Source of the DNA: an uncultured archaeon
GTDB taxonomy: Archaea; Aenigmatarchaeota; Aenigmatarchaeia; GW2011-AR5
Assembly (NCBI GenBank): GCA_964373255.1
Contig: CAYJTG010000005.1
Location: 10,638-74,637 of the forward strand
Length of the DNA stretch: 64,000 nt
Reading direction: 5' to 3'
Position 1 is the stretch's first letter. Each line of letters starts with the position of its first letter. Shown here piece after piece: positions 25,639 to 35,857 of this stretch. Under the pieces are notes generated by a model that saw nothing but the letters and a program-made list of their open reading frames with translations, made no database searches and was not told the DNA's origin. The position numbers and the translations under genes were made by a program.

Positions 25639-26079
25639 ATGAATTGCGTATTCTGCGGACATGAGACTAAGGTCATGGACAAAAGAACTAATGATGAAAC
25701 TACTCGCCGCAGAAGAGAGTGCCTAAAATGCGAAAAAAGATTTACAACCTATGAGCGCGCGGATATAAGCCTGAGCGTAGTAAAAAAAGACACCCGCCGC
25801 GAGCCTTTTTCCCGCGAAAAAATCCTTGCAGGAATGTTGAGGGCGTGTGAAAAGCGACCTGTGAGCAAACAGCAGATCGAAGAGACCGTTGACAAAATAG
25901 AAAACGAGCTCCGAAAAATAAGTGACGAAGTGCCAAGCAAGAAGATAGGCGAGCTCGTGATGAAGCACCTCAGAAGATTGGACAAGGTTGCCTACATTCG
26001 TTTTGCTTCTGTCTACAGAAGCTTTGACGACATAAATTTGTTCGAGCAAGAGGTGAAGTTGCTGAAGAAGGTTGCGTAA
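25639..26079 (+). CDS. nrdR: NrdR transcriptional repressor (Zn ribbon + ATP cone)
   Basis: MNCVFCGHETKVMDKRTNDETTRRRRECLKCEKRFTTYER (C4 zinc ribbon at the extreme N-terminus) then an ATP-cone domain (VVKKDTRREPFSREKILAGM...). 147 aa; in-frame ATG inside the longer track ORF. Confidence 0.75.
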   Translation: MNCVFCGHETKVMDKRTNDETTRRRRECLKCEKRFTTYERADISLSVVKKDTRREPFSREKILAGMLRACEKRPVSKQQIEETVDKIENELRKISDEVPSKKIGELVMKHLRRLDKVAYIRFASVYRSFDDINLFEQEVKLLKKVA

Positions 26080-26121
26080 ATAATTAAATAAATTAAATAT
26101 TTGATTTTGGGAGGTAGTTGC

Positions 26122-29100
26122 ATGGCAAAAATAACAAAAGTTCGAAAAAGAGACGGAAGAATTGTAAATTTTGGCAAAGACAAGATAACAAACGCTATAT
26201 TCAAGGCCGTCCAGGCAGTAGGCGGGTCTGACAAAACTATAGCAGAAAGCCTTGCAAATCAGGTCATGGAAATTCTGGAAAAGAATATGCCACCGGGCGC
26301 TATTCCAAACATAGAGGATATACAGGATATTGTCGAGAGGGTTCTGATAGAATCCGGCCATGCAAAGACAGCAAAGGCCTACATACTTTACAGGAATGAG
26401 CACGCCAGAGTAAGGGAAGAGCAGAAAAGAATATTAGGCGGCAAAACAACAAAGCTCCCCTTCAGCATGAATGCCCTGCAGGTTCTTGCAAAGCGCTACC
26501 TTGTAAGAAACAGGGACGGTAATGTTATTGAATCGCCTGATGATATGTTCGAGAGGGTTGCTGATTCTTTGGCAAGCGTGGAGTACGAGTATGGAAAAAC
26601 AAACGAGGAAGTCGAAAAATTTTCCCAGCAGTTCAATGAAATCATGGCAAGTTTTGAGTTCATACCAGCTGGGCGCACAATGACAAACGCGGGCTCGCCG
26701 ACCCCTATAGTGCCTAATTGCATAGTCCTTCATATTGGCGACAACATGGATAACATATTTCAGACACTTAAAGAAGCCTCGCTTCTTCAGCAGGCAGGCT
26801 CTGGGTTGGGATTTCCGTTCCACCTGCTAAGGCCGGCCGGCACCGTTGCAAAGCGCTCCCGTGGGGTAGCCTCCGGTCCGGTCTCTTTCCTGCGCGTTTA
26901 CAATAATGCATTCGGCGTGATAAAACAGCAAAACAGGCACGGCGCGAACATGGGCGTTATGCGCGTCGACCATCCGGATATACTTGAATTCATACACGCA
27001 AAGGACGTCGAGGGCGAGATAAGGAACTTCAACATCTCCGTTGCAATTACAGATGAATTCATGCAGAAGGCACGCGACAACGATTCAACGCCTTGGATAT
27101 GCGAGTGGAACGGCGAAAAGATGAAGCCAAGGCGCGTTTACAGGGATTCAAACGGCATTGTTCTCGACATCAAGGAGGAGACAATGACGGCAAAAGAAAT
27201 CTTCATGGAAATTGTGTCGTCGGCATGGCAGACCGGCGAACCTGGAATAATCTTCATCGACAAAATAAATGATACAAATCCGTTGCCCGGTCTTGGTCGA
27301 ATAGAGGCGTGTAATCCTTGTGTGACCGGCGATACATTAGTAAGCACGGAACACGGAATGATGAAAATATCTGATTTGGCAGAGAAACATGGAAAAGGTG
27401 GCGTATCTGTAATTTGTGACAATAGGATGCCTATAACAATATATGAATCTGATGGAACCAAAGTCCTGATATACAAAGGCACAAAAGGCACACAAATCAA
27501 TAACGTGAGTGCTGCATGGAAATCTGGCTTCAAAGATGTATTGAAAATTGAAACAGAATCGGGGTACGAGCTTGAAGCCACAGCAGATCATAAGATAATG
27601 ACAACAAAAGGATGGATAGATGTCGAAAACCTTACAAAAGAACACGAAATTCTTATTCAATCAGGAGAAGGAAGATTCTCTGTAAACAACCAAATTCCAT
27701 TTGAAGTGCAGAATGAATTTATTGGAGAAAATGGCAGAACTTATAAATATAATTTTCCTCGTCAATGGAACAGGGAATTGGGGCAACTTCTTGGCTGGAT
27801 CGTAGGTGATGGCTGGATAAGAGACAAGGAAAAGGAGTGCGATAAAGAAATAATGACACATATAAAGTCGATAGGAAACATGATTTATGGCTCTGAAAAA
27901 CGAGAAATTGAAAGAATAAGAAATACACACCATCTCAATTATGGTTCACGACGCTTTGTAGAATACCTTATGAAGCTTGGGCTCAAGACAACAGGCGCAG
28001 AAAATAAAGAAGTACCAAAGAGCATTTTCACAGCACCAAAAGACGCTGTATCAGGCTTCCTTCAAGGTTTGTTTTCATCAGATGGCACAGTAATGCTAGA
28101 CGAAAAACATGGCAACTATTATATAAGATTGACAACGAAATCGATAAAACTTGCAAAACAGGTTCAGACACTTCTTCTGAACTTCGGAATTAAGTCAAGA
28201 ATATACGACAGGAGCAGGCCGCCAAAAAAGAACCTATTTACGTATGAAACAAAATCAGGAGAAAAAAGAACTTATGCATCTGACGGAATTCTGTTTGAAG
28301 TGCATGTACATGGCGATACAATAATAAAATTTAATGAACAAATAGGATTTCTATGCAGTAAAAATAAAGAGAAAATAGAAAAGATACTGAAAAAGAATCT
28401 AAGAGACGATAAATTTACAGACAAAGTAAAATATGTCGAGTACATTGGCAAGAAAGATGTCTACGATCTCACAGAACCAGCGACGCACTCTTTCATAGCA
28501 AATGGTATTGTGGTATCAAATTGTGGTGAGCAATTTCTCCACGACGGCGATGTCTGCAATCTTGGTTCGATAAATCTGGAAAAATTTGTAAAAGATGGCA
28601 AAATAGATTTTGATCGATTAAGGCATGTCACACGTTTAGCTGTGCGTATGCTTGACAACGTTGTCGATATCACAGCAGCGCCTGCCGACCGTGTCAATCA
28701 CATGTTCCGCGCAAACCGCAGGGTCGGTTTGGGCATAATGGGCTTTGCGGATATGCTCTATCAACTGAAGATAGGTTATAATGCAGAAGAGGGCGCAAAG
28801 ACAGCAGAAAAGGTCATGAACTGCATTCAAGAATCTGCCCACCAAATGTCGCAAGAGCTTGCTGAGGAGAAAGGCGTGTTTCCAAACTGGGAGAAGAGCG
28901 TATTTGCAAAGAAAGGTATAAAGATGCGAAACGCCGCGCTCACAAACATCGCCCCGACAGGAACTATATCCATGGTCTTCGACGTTTCCGGGGGCGTAGA
29001 ACCTTATTTTGCCTTGGCTTACCACTACCAGGGAATTCTGGGGGGCGCAACCCAGCTCTACTACGTCAACAAGCACCTGAGAAAGACACTGGAAGAGTAT

Positions 29101-29589
29101 GGTTTATACAACGATGTAATAATGAAGCGCATATTTGAGGAAGGAACGCTGCAGCGTATAGAAGAAATCCCTGATGATTTGAAGCGTGTGTTTGTCACGG
29201 CCATGGATATTTCATCCGACGACCACATACGGGTGCAGGCGGCTTTCCAGAAATACGTTGACAACAGCATATCAAAGACGTGCAACTTCCCTGAGGACGC
29301 TACAAAAGAGGACGTCTTTCAGGGATATCTGCTCGCCTGGCAGCTCGGCTGCAAGAGCTGCACCGTGTACAGAAACAACTCACGCAGGCTGCAAGTGCTG
29401 AATCTTAACAAGCAGAAACAGGAGGAAGTTCAGGAAGAGGAGTACGAGCCGCAGCAGCAGAAGATAGCGGTCGCAGCCACAAACGGTTCTACACATTACA
29501 CGACGTGTCCAGAGTGTGACACCGTGCTGGAGCAAAAAGAAGGGTGTTCTTCTTGCCCTCAGTGCGGCTGGGGATTGTGCAGCGTGTAA
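26122..29589 (+). CDS. nrdJ: Class II (B12-dependent) ribonucleotide reductase NrdJ, with N-terminal ATP cone, one intein, and C-terminal Zn ribbon
   Basis: ATP cone [21 protein letters not shown]. Catalytic motif NP|CGEQ split by the intein. C-terminal CPECD...CPQCG. GGAGGT 7 nt upstream of ATG 26122. Extein ~760 aa. Confidence 0.85.
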   Translation: MAKITKVRKRDGRIVNFGKDKITNAIFKAVQAVGGSDKTIAESLANQVMEILEKNMPPGAIPNIEDIQDIVERVLIESGHAKTAKAYILYRNEHARVREEQKRILGGKTTKLPFSMNALQVLAKRYLVRNRDGNVIESPDDMFERVADSLASVEYEYGKTNEEVEKFSQQFNEIMASFEFIPAGRTMTNAGSPTPIVPNCIVLHIGDNMDNIFQTLKEASLLQQAGSGLGFPFHLLRPAGTVAKRSRGVASGPVSFLRVYNNAFGVIKQQNRHGANMGVMRVDHPDILEFIHAKDVEGEIRNFNISVAITDEFMQKARDNDSTPWICEWNGEKMKPRRVYRDSNGIVLDIKEETMTAKEIFMEIVSSAWQTGEPGIIFIDKINDTNPLPGLGRIEACNPCVTGDTLVSTEHGMMKISDLAEKHGKGGVSVICDNRMPITIYESDGTKVLIYKGTKGTQINNVSAAWKSGFKDVLKIETESGYELEATADHKIMTTKGWIDVENLTKEHEILIQSGEGRFSVNNQIPFEVQNEFIGENGRTYKYNFPRQWNRELGQLLGWIVGDGWIRDKEKECDKEIMTHIKSIGNMIYGSEKREIERIRNTHHLNYGSRRFVEYLMKLGLKTTGAENKEVPKSIFTAPKDAVSGFLQGLFSSDGTVMLDEKHGNYYIRLTTKSIKLAKQVQTLLLNFGIKSRIYDRSRPPKKNLFTYETKSGEKRTYASDGILFEVHVHGDTIIKFNEQIGFLCSKNKEKIEKILKKNLRDDKFTDKVKYVEYIGKKDVYDLTEPATHSFIANGIVVSNCGEQFLHDGDVCNLGSINLEKFVKDGKIDFDRLRHVTRLAVRMLDNVVDITAAPADRVNHMFRANRRVGLGIMGFADMLYQLKIGYNAEEGAKTAEKVMNCIQESAHQMSQELAEEKGVFPNWEKSVFAKKGIKMRNAALTNIAPTGTISMVFDVSGGVEPYFALAYHYQGILGGATQLYYVNKHLRKTLEEYGLYNDVIMKRIFEEGTLQRIEEIPDDLKRVFVTAMDISSDDHIRVQAAFQKYVDNSISKTCNFPEDATKEDVFQGYLLAWQLGCKSCTVYRNNSRRLQVLNLNKQKQEEVQEEEYEPQQQKIAVAATNGSTHYTTCPECDTVLEQKEGCSSCPQCGWGLCSV
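27319..28521 (+). mobile_element. Intein (401 aa) with LAGLIDADG homing-endonuclease domain, inserted before the catalytic Cys of the RNR NPCGE motif
   Basis: N-extein ...EACNP | [11 protein letters not shown] (Cys1, block A) ... [11 protein letters not shown] and [12 protein letters not shown] (two LAGLIDADG-type motifs) ... IANGIVVSN | CGEQF (terminal Asn, +1 Cys). Confidence 0.8.
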
Positions 29590-29621
29590 GAATAAAGTGA
29601 AAATTTGCTCTTTGATTAATT

Positions 29622-30317
29622 ATGAACCTCCAAAACAAAACAGCTATCGTCACAGGCGGCTCGCGCGGAATAGGTCGTTCTACTGCCTTAGCTTTAGCAA
29701 ATCATGGCTGCAACGTGATTATCTGCAGCAAAAACGAAAATAATCTACTAAAGTCAGAAAAGGAATTAAAAACAATAAACGAAAAGAATTCAGCATATGT
29801 TTGTGATTTATCAAATATTAGCGACATCAAGAAATTTGCTGATACGATTAAAAAGAAATTTCATTCTATTGATATAATTGTCAACAACGCAGGCGTTGCC
29901 TACTATAAAGATTTGTCAAACAACAGCGAATCAGAGATAAATGAAACTATAGATGTAAATATACGCGGACTCATTCTAATGACAAAGTACATAATGCCAA
30001 TTATGAACAAGAATGGTATTATAATAAATATTTCTTCTGGCGCAGGCAAAAGCGGTTATGGTGGCCTTGCTGTCTATTGCGCATCTAAGTTTGCAGTCCT
30101 TGGATTTACAGAATCGTTAGCGCAAGAAGTAAAGCAAAAAGTTGTTGCTGTCTGCCCTGGCGGTGTGGATACTGATATGTATACGAGCATGTCAAGTCGG
30201 CGCCCGTCTTTGAAGCCTGAGCACATAGCTGCAAAGATTCTTGAGATTTGCACAGAGCCCCACAAATTCATATCAGGCTCTGCTGTTGAAGTCTACCATT
30301 TGACAGATGCGTTGTAG
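29622..30317 (+). CDS. Short-chain dehydrogenase/reductase (SDR)
   Basis: TGGSRGIGRSTALALA (TGxxxGxG), NNAG, catalytic S...Y...K (SSGAGKSGYGGLAVYCASK). Confidence 0.75.
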   Translation: MNLQNKTAIVTGGSRGIGRSTALALANHGCNVIICSKNENNLLKSEKELKTINEKNSAYVCDLSNISDIKKFADTIKKKFHSIDIIVNNAGVAYYKDLSNNSESEINETIDVNIRGLILMTKYIMPIMNKNGIIINISSGAGKSGYGGLAVYCASKFAVLGFTESLAQEVKQKVVAVCPGGVDTDMYTSMSSRRPSLKPEHIAAKILEICTEPHKFISGSAVEVYHLTDAL

Positions 30318-30356
30318 TGAATCAACAAAAGGAAGTTCAAATTTTTTAAGAACTAA

Positions 30357-30761
30357 TTATATTTTCCCTTTAAAATATTTATTAAAATTAGAAATAGTAT
30401 TGTGCAGCCATTTGACACTTTCCTCTGCCTTGTCTATTTCCATCCATTCATATTCTGTGTGTTCTTTGCTCAATTTTATTTGCTTTGATAACGGTCTGCA
30501 TAAAAATATTATCATCGTGATTCTTTGTCCGTCGTCCCTTGTAAAATGCTGGACTTCGATTGGTGCAACTACATCGATGTCTATGCCAACTTCCTCCTTT
30601 ATCTCTCTTTTAATGCCGTCAAAAGGATTTTCGCCTGCATCAAGTCGCCCGCCAGGTATGTCCCACTGGCTTGGTCGATGAACGTCGTCTGGCCTTCTTT
30701 TAATGATGAGAAGTTTTTCATCGTCGACAATGAATGATTTGACAGCTACAGCAAAATCCAT
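30357..30761 (-). CDS. Nudix hydrolase
   Basis: Nudix box GGRLDAGENPFDGIKREIKEEVGI (G.5E.7REUXEEXGU). Confidence 0.7.
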   Translation of the reverse strand: MDFAVAVKSFIVDDEKLLIIKRRPDDVHRPSQWDIPGGRLDAGENPFDGIKREIKEEVGIDIDVVAPIEVQHFTRDDGQRITMIIFLCRPLSKQIKLSKEHTEYEWMEIDKAEESVKWLHNTISNFNKYFKGKI

Positions 30762-30811
30762 TCTAATAAATTAAAAACAACGCATAAATACTTTCGATTC
30801 AATATTTAGTT

Positions 30812-31336
30812 ATGATCAAAAAAATCTGGACAGGCGACTCCGGAATAACAAAGCTGTGTTGCGAGGAGACCACAAAAGATTCGCTTCTTGTCGATGCATA
30901 CGGTGACGTAGACGAGCTTAATTCTTACTTGGGTCTTGTGCGCGCCCGTCTGGATGACAAAGAAATTGATGCTATTTTAAAAATGATTCAGAACGACCTT
31001 TTCATAATAGGCTCTGATCTTGCAAAGGCGCCCAAAAGCCAGAAGAGCCAGCTTACCGAAGAACACGTTAAAAAATTAGAAGAAACAGTGCACGAAATAC
31101 AAAAACAATTACCGCCATTAAATAAGTTTATCCTGCCGTCGGGTACGCCCGCTTCTGCCCTGCTCCATATCGCCCGTTCTGTCTGCCGCCGCGCAGAGAG
31201 GAAAGTATTTTTTGTGAAGCGGCATGAAATCGTCAATGAAGAGATCCCACGATACCTCAACCGCCTCTCAACGCTATTATTTGATCTTGCGCGTCTTACC
31301 AATAAAAGAGCAGGAATAAAGGAAGACGAATGGTAA
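30812..31336 (+). CDS. PduO-type ATP:cob(I)alamin adenosyltransferase
   Basis: DDKEIDAILKMIQNDLFIIGSDLA and C-terminal FILPSGTPASALLHIARSVCRRAER match PduO/MMAB family conserved blocks. 174 aa. Confidence 0.6.
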   Translation: MIKKIWTGDSGITKLCCEETTKDSLLVDAYGDVDELNSYLGLVRARLDDKEIDAILKMIQNDLFIIGSDLAKAPKSQKSQLTEEHVKKLEETVHEIQKQLPPLNKFILPSGTPASALLHIARSVCRRAERKVFFVKRHEIVNEEIPRYLNRLSTLLFDLARLTNKRAGIKEDEW

Positions 31337-31343
31337 GATAAAC

Positions 31344-31616
31344 ATGGAAATAAAGCACGCGGGCCACAGATTTTTTGTTGAAGTAGAAGGAAAGACAGCT
31401 TCTTTGGATTATGCGCTGGAGAACGGCAAAATGAATATAACACATACTTATACGCCGTCTGAGCTTCGCGGGCGAGGAATTGCTGAACAGATCACATTGG
31501 CAGCATTTGAATACGCAAAGAAAAATAATTTCAGGGTTGTGCCTTCTTGCTCTTACGTTCGCGACGCTTTTCTTTCACGACACCCAGAATTTCATGACAT
31601 TGTTGACGTATCGTAA
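31344..31616 (+). CDS. Small GNAT-fold acetyltransferase (YjdJ-type)
   Basis: 90 aa; ...GRGIAEQITLAAFEYAKKNNFRVVPSCSYV matches the short GNAT_acetyltran C-terminal motif. Confidence 0.45.
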   Translation: MEIKHAGHRFFVEVEGKTASLDYALENGKMNITHTYTPSELRGRGIAEQITLAAFEYAKKNNFRVVPSCSYVRDAFLSRHPEFHDIVDVS

Positions 31617-31679
31617 TTTGCCTGTGATTGATTTTTTGGTGCGTTCGGCTTTAAATTAATTATTTGCTTATCAAATACC

Positions 31680-33155
31680 ATGGTTTATCTTCATCCTTCT
31701 CTCAAGGGCAAGGAATTTGATTTTAATGGCATAATCATGGTGCCTCATAACCTGCCGGATTTTCCGCGCAGTGCTGTTGATCTCAGTTCTTACGTAACAA
31801 GAAACATAAAAGTGCATGTTCCGTTTCTTGGTGCGGCCATGGACTCTGTTACTGAATACAAACTGGCAATAATGCTGGAACTTAATGGCGGCATCGGTGT
31901 GATACACTATAATTTCCCTACAGTTGACGACCAGATAGAGCAGCTCAAAAGGGTAAAAAATTACAAGGCTGCCTATGTCAAGAATCCTGTATGTCTACGG
32001 CCTGATAATGCTGTAGCAGATGTTTACAAGATAAATGAAAAATATGGTTTTTACAGCGTGCCAATAACAGAAGACGGCACACCAAATAGTCGTCTTCTTG
32101 GATTTGTGAGTAGACGCGACGTGAGATACAAAGATGATAAATCATTAAAGCTCAACGATGTTATGACACCAAGAGAAAAATTGTATACAGCACATAGAAG
32201 AGATACAATGGACAAGAATGATATAAAGGCTGCAAACGCAGAAATTAAGAAACATAATTTAGATACGTTAATTGTCATAGATGACGAAGACAGGCCGTGC
32301 GCGCTTGTTACAGACCGTGATTTGAGATTGCACGAGCAGTATCCGCTTGCGAGTGTTGATGAGAACAAGCAGCTGTACGGAGTTATCGCCATACGTGGCA
32401 CATGGCACGATCCCAAAAAAAGAGAAATTGAAGCAGAGAGGATAGACAAAGCTGTCCAAGCAGGCGCAAATTGTCTGGTGGTAGATCAGGGCATTACTTT
32501 CAGATCACAGATCGATATGGCGAAGTACATAAAGGAACATTATTCCGATGTGGAGGTTGGTGTAGGCAATGTCGCATGCGGTGACATGATAAAGGAACTA
32601 CTTGAGAACGCAGGCAAATATATAGACATGACGAAAGGCGGTGTTGGCCCTGGAGGCGCATGCATAACGCAACAGGATTTGGGTGTGGGTAGGGATCAGC
32701 CTTCTACAACGTACGAGTGTGTGGAAACGCTAAAACAGCTTAGAAAGAAACATGGTAACATACCGTACATAGCAGACGGCGGAACAAAATCAGCAGCTGA
32801 CATAAACAAATTGTTTGCGCTTGGCGCTGACGGTGTCATGATGGGACAATTGTTTGCAGCGTACGATGAATCGGCTGCAGAGAAAAAGCTGATCAATGGT
32901 AGCTGGAAAAAGATATACAGAGGTATGGGTTCTATTGAGGCTATGGAAGCAGGGGGCGCAATACGGTATGATATTGGTGATGAGAAAATCAGGGTCCCGG
33001 AAGGCATTGTAAAACAGCTAGAGCCGCTCGGACCTGGCGAACCTTTTTTGCAAATGCTGATAGAATCTGTGAAGCAGAGTATGTGCAGGCAGGGCTTCAG
33101 AAATATAAAAGAACTGCAGAATGATGCCTGGATTTATCCTTATTCTGGTCGATAA
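31680..33155 (+). CDS. guaB: IMP dehydrogenase
   Basis: N-terminal TRNIKVHVPFLGAAMDSVTE, CBS-pair insert, catalytic loop region GVGPGGACITQQ, C-terminal barrel. 491 aa. Confidence 0.8.
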   Translation: MVYLHPSLKGKEFDFNGIIMVPHNLPDFPRSAVDLSSYVTRNIKVHVPFLGAAMDSVTEYKLAIMLELNGGIGVIHYNFPTVDDQIEQLKRVKNYKAAYVKNPVCLRPDNAVADVYKINEKYGFYSVPITEDGTPNSRLLGFVSRRDVRYKDDKSLKLNDVMTPREKLYTAHRRDTMDKNDIKAANAEIKKHNLDTLIVIDDEDRPCALVTDRDLRLHEQYPLASVDENKQLYGVIAIRGTWHDPKKREIEAERIDKAVQAGANCLVVDQGITFRSQIDMAKYIKEHYSDVEVGVGNVACGDMIKELLENAGKYIDMTKGGVGPGGACITQQDLGVGRDQPSTTYECVETLKQLRKKHGNIPYIADGGTKSAADINKLFALGADGVMMGQLFAAYDESAAEKKLINGSWKKIYRGMGSIEAMEAGGAIRYDIGDEKIRVPEGIVKQLEPLGPGEPFLQMLIESVKQSMCRQGFRNIKELQNDAWIYPYSGR

Positions 33156-33157
33156 AA

Positions 33158-34546
33158 ATGTCAGTGGACGTAGTTGTGGGAATGCAGTGGGGTGACGAGG
33201 GCAAGGGAAAGATAATTCACTACCTTGTGCCTAAGCATGGCATTGATATCATAGCACGGTACCAGGGCGGCCCAAATGCCGGACACACAATAGTTCCTGA
33301 CGGGAAAGCAATGGTGCTTCATTCCATACCCTCCGGAATCGTCTACGAAGATAAAATAAATATAATAGGGAACGGCTGTGTTGTGAATCTGCAAAAACTC
33401 AACGAAGAGATAGAGATGCTCCACAGCAGGCACTATAGTACGGATAATCTTTATGTCTCTCATGGCGCGCACATAATAATGCCGTATCATATTGCTATGG
33501 ACATCGCAAATGAAATAAAGTCCGGTGGTGAGATTGGCTCGACGCAAAACGGCATAACACCTGCGTACGTCGACAAATATGCAAGGCGCGGCATAGCTGT
33601 CCGCGACTTCAGAGACCCTGAGGTCGTAAGGAAAAAGATAACGAAGAACATGGAGCGCGATGAGGTTTTGGAAGCCCTCGAGCTCTCTGATATGCCAGCA
33701 AATCCAGAAGAATGCGTCGAACAGCAGGTCGCACTTTTTGAGAAGGCGCGCCAAAATTTAAAGACCGTGAACCTTCCTTACTTCTATCAAAAGCTGGCGC
33801 AGAAAAGCGGAAAAGAGATTAGAATGTTGGCCGAAGGCGCCCAGGGATTTCTGCTTAGCATCGACCATGGTACGTACCCATTCTTGACATCTTCAAACAC
33901 GGAAGCCTCAGGGGTATACGTAGGTTTGAGCCTTCCGCCAAACACCCCGGTCAAAGATATTATTGGTGTGATGAAGGCTTACAATACCCGTGTTGGAAAA
34001 GGCCCGTTCCCTACAGAATTGGGCACAGAGCAGGACGCCAATAATAAGTACGATATTGGCAGTGAAGCATTTAACAATCTTTGCTCAAGAATCAAGCGTG
34101 GCGTAGCTTCTGATGTTGATATAGGCCACTACCTCAGGACCGTAGGGCACGAAAGAGGCTCAACAACAGGCAGGCCAAGAAGGACAGGCTGGCACGATTT
34201 CTTCGCCGATGAATACGCAGTGCTTGTTAACGGGATAACAAAAATAGCAATGACGAAGCTTGATGTATTGGACGAACTGCCAGAAATAAAATTCTCTATA
34301 GGTTACAATCTGCATGGTCGCTTGGACGAATTTCCTTCTGCAGAAGAGCTTGCGCTCTGTGCGCCTGTTTATGACAGCAGGCCTGGTTGGATGTCCGCTA
34401 CGTCAGATAAAAGAAAGTACGATGATCTGCCCATAAATGCTAGAGACTATGTGCATACAGCTTCCGATATTCTGAAAAGGCCGGTGAGCATAATTTCCGT
34501 GGGCCCGCGCGAAGAGGAAACAATAATAAATAGCAGGAATATATAA
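33158..34546 (+). CDS. purA: Adenylosuccinate synthetase
   Basis: P-loop QWGDEGKGK, GGPNAGHT, and the remaining PurA blocks. 462 aa. Confidence 0.9.
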   Translation: MSVDVVVGMQWGDEGKGKIIHYLVPKHGIDIIARYQGGPNAGHTIVPDGKAMVLHSIPSGIVYEDKINIIGNGCVVNLQKLNEEIEMLHSRHYSTDNLYVSHGAHIIMPYHIAMDIANEIKSGGEIGSTQNGITPAYVDKYARRGIAVRDFRDPEVVRKKITKNMERDEVLEALELSDMPANPEECVEQQVALFEKARQNLKTVNLPYFYQKLAQKSGKEIRMLAEGAQGFLLSIDHGTYPFLTSSNTEASGVYVGLSLPPNTPVKDIIGVMKAYNTRVGKGPFPTELGTEQDANNKYDIGSEAFNNLCSRIKRGVASDVDIGHYLRTVGHERGSTTGRPRRTGWHDFFADEYAVLVNGITKIAMTKLDVLDELPEIKFSIGYNLHGRLDEFPSAEELALCAPVYDSRPGWMSATSDKRKYDDLPINARDYVHTASDILKRPVSIISVGPREEETIINSRNI

Positions 34547-34551
34547 TTATC

Positions 34552-34971
34552 ATGCAAACCATCGGAAATAAGCATATCCTGGCGTTCGAAATTATCGTAA
34601 TACTTTCTATAGCGGTCTTCGCTTTCAGTGAAATAAGGCAAGACAGCATAACAGGCCTTTACGCCGGCTCTTACACCGGGGACCTGAGCGTCAGTACAGA
34701 TAAGTTGCTGTATTCTCATGAAGGCTTTGTCGTGATCAAGGCGTCGCTAGCTATAGGCACGCTTCCTGTTTCTGACGCAGACATATCAGTAAATATAGTC
34801 AAGCCCGACGGGACGGTTTTTTCACAAAACCTGAAAACAGATTCCGGCGGGAATGCAAAATACGTTTATCTACTGGCTGCAGGGGAGAAACCCGGCGTAT
34901 ACGCGGTGATCGCTACTTCTTCTAGAACCGGAAAGACAGCAACTGCAAAAACTACATTCAGGTTAGCATAG
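34552..34971 (+). CDS. Secreted or membrane-anchored hypothetical protein (Ig-like beta-rich?)
   Basis: N-terminal hydrophobic segment ILAFEIIVILSIAVFAF; rest beta-rich with no motif. Confidence 0.3.
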   Translation: MQTIGNKHILAFEIIVILSIAVFAFSEIRQDSITGLYAGSYTGDLSVSTDKLLYSHEGFVVIKASLAIGTLPVSDADISVNIVKPDGTVFSQNLKTDSGGNAKYVYLLAAGEKPGVYAVIATSSRTGKTATAKTTFRLA

Positions 34972-34980
34972 TTACATAGT

Positions 34981-35167
34981 GCTCTGTAGAAAACCTATGC
35001 AAGAGCATCGACGTGAGAGCTATTATCTTCTAAGATAACAAAGTTATCTTGAAGATTCAGGTTGACTTTGTCAACCATGAATCTGTCGATAATAGCTCTA
35101 GCTGACCTATACGTCAAGAGACGTATAGGTCTACGTCGATGCTCTTTATCGTGCATTTCTACAGAGC
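34981..35167. mobile_element. Family-A MITE-like element, copy A5 with inverted core plus a 70-bp insert
   Basis: Same TIRs and cgtcgatgc inverted repeats as A1. Internal hairpin pair is in reverse-complement order relative to A1/A2/A3. Also carries an extra insert ttctaagataacaaagttatcttgaa... Confidence 0.65.
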
Positions 35168-35220
35168 TTTACATAGGAAATCTCATCAACTTTTTATAAA
35201 AGGCACTACAATAGATTTCT

Positions 35221-35847
35221 ATGATGATCACAAAGTTTATGATAATACCACTGGTACTGCTGGTCGCACTTGCCGCGCTTCTTGCTGGTAACCCTTCTGT
35301 TGCAGGGTTTTTTGAAACTTTGAAGGATAAGTTTTTCTCTATTTCAGAGGTTGGTTTACACAACAAAAACATTGAGTTTTCTGCTGTGTTTGATAGCTAT
35401 GAAAAAACAGATTTCGATGCTGTGGACCCGCTGAATATCACTGTTGTCGGTGTGACGAATGTCACGCTTACAAATGGCAATATTAACACCAAACAGACGC
35501 TCGTGATAAAAAATTACATGGGCACAGGTACCGTATCTGATAAATTTTTTCTCAACGGATCATTTGATCAGCTGATCGTTCAGGACGTATTCATCGGCAG
35601 GGATAAAATATTCATCGAGTCTGATTTCTCCGTTTTGGAAATAGAAAATTTGCACCTCAGACTAATAAATATGTCAAGTGCAGCAGGAACCCTGAATCTC
35701 ACTAACAGTTCCACGCAATTCGCGGGCTCCATAGAGATAAAGGAGCTGTCTGGAACGTTCGTTTTCAAGAAAGAGCCCAGGTCACTATCAATCACAGGCA
35801 CCGCCCAAAAGATATCTGTACCGGATGTGGGAATAGATATCGGATAA
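35221..35847 (+). CDS. Secreted hypothetical protein (N-terminal signal/TM)
   Basis: MMITKFMIIPLVLLVALAALLAGNPSVAG is signal-peptide-like; remainder Thr/Asn-rich beta-type sequence. Confidence 0.3.
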   Translation: MMITKFMIIPLVLLVALAALLAGNPSVAGFFETLKDKFFSISEVGLHNKNIEFSAVFDSYEKTDFDAVDPLNITVVGVTNVTLTNGNINTKQTLVIKNYMGTGTVSDKFFLNGSFDQLIVQDVFIGRDKIFIESDFSVLEIENLHLRLINMSSAAGTLNLTNSSTQFAGSIEIKELSGTFVFKKEPRSLSITGTAQKISVPDVGIDIG

Positions 35848-35857
35848 ATACGCAAAA

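Noticed and set aside
25723-26403. 226-aa minus-strand ORF spanning the nrdR 3' end and nrdJ 5' end
   Set aside because: Antisense to two well-supported genes, crossing an intergenic region with a Shine-Dalgarno-like GGAGGT for nrdJ.
27138-27933. Cluster of minus-strand ORFs (147, 107, 90 aa) inside the RNR
   Set aside because: They lie antisense within the AT-rich intein-coding segment and are artefacts of low stop-codon frequency in that frame.
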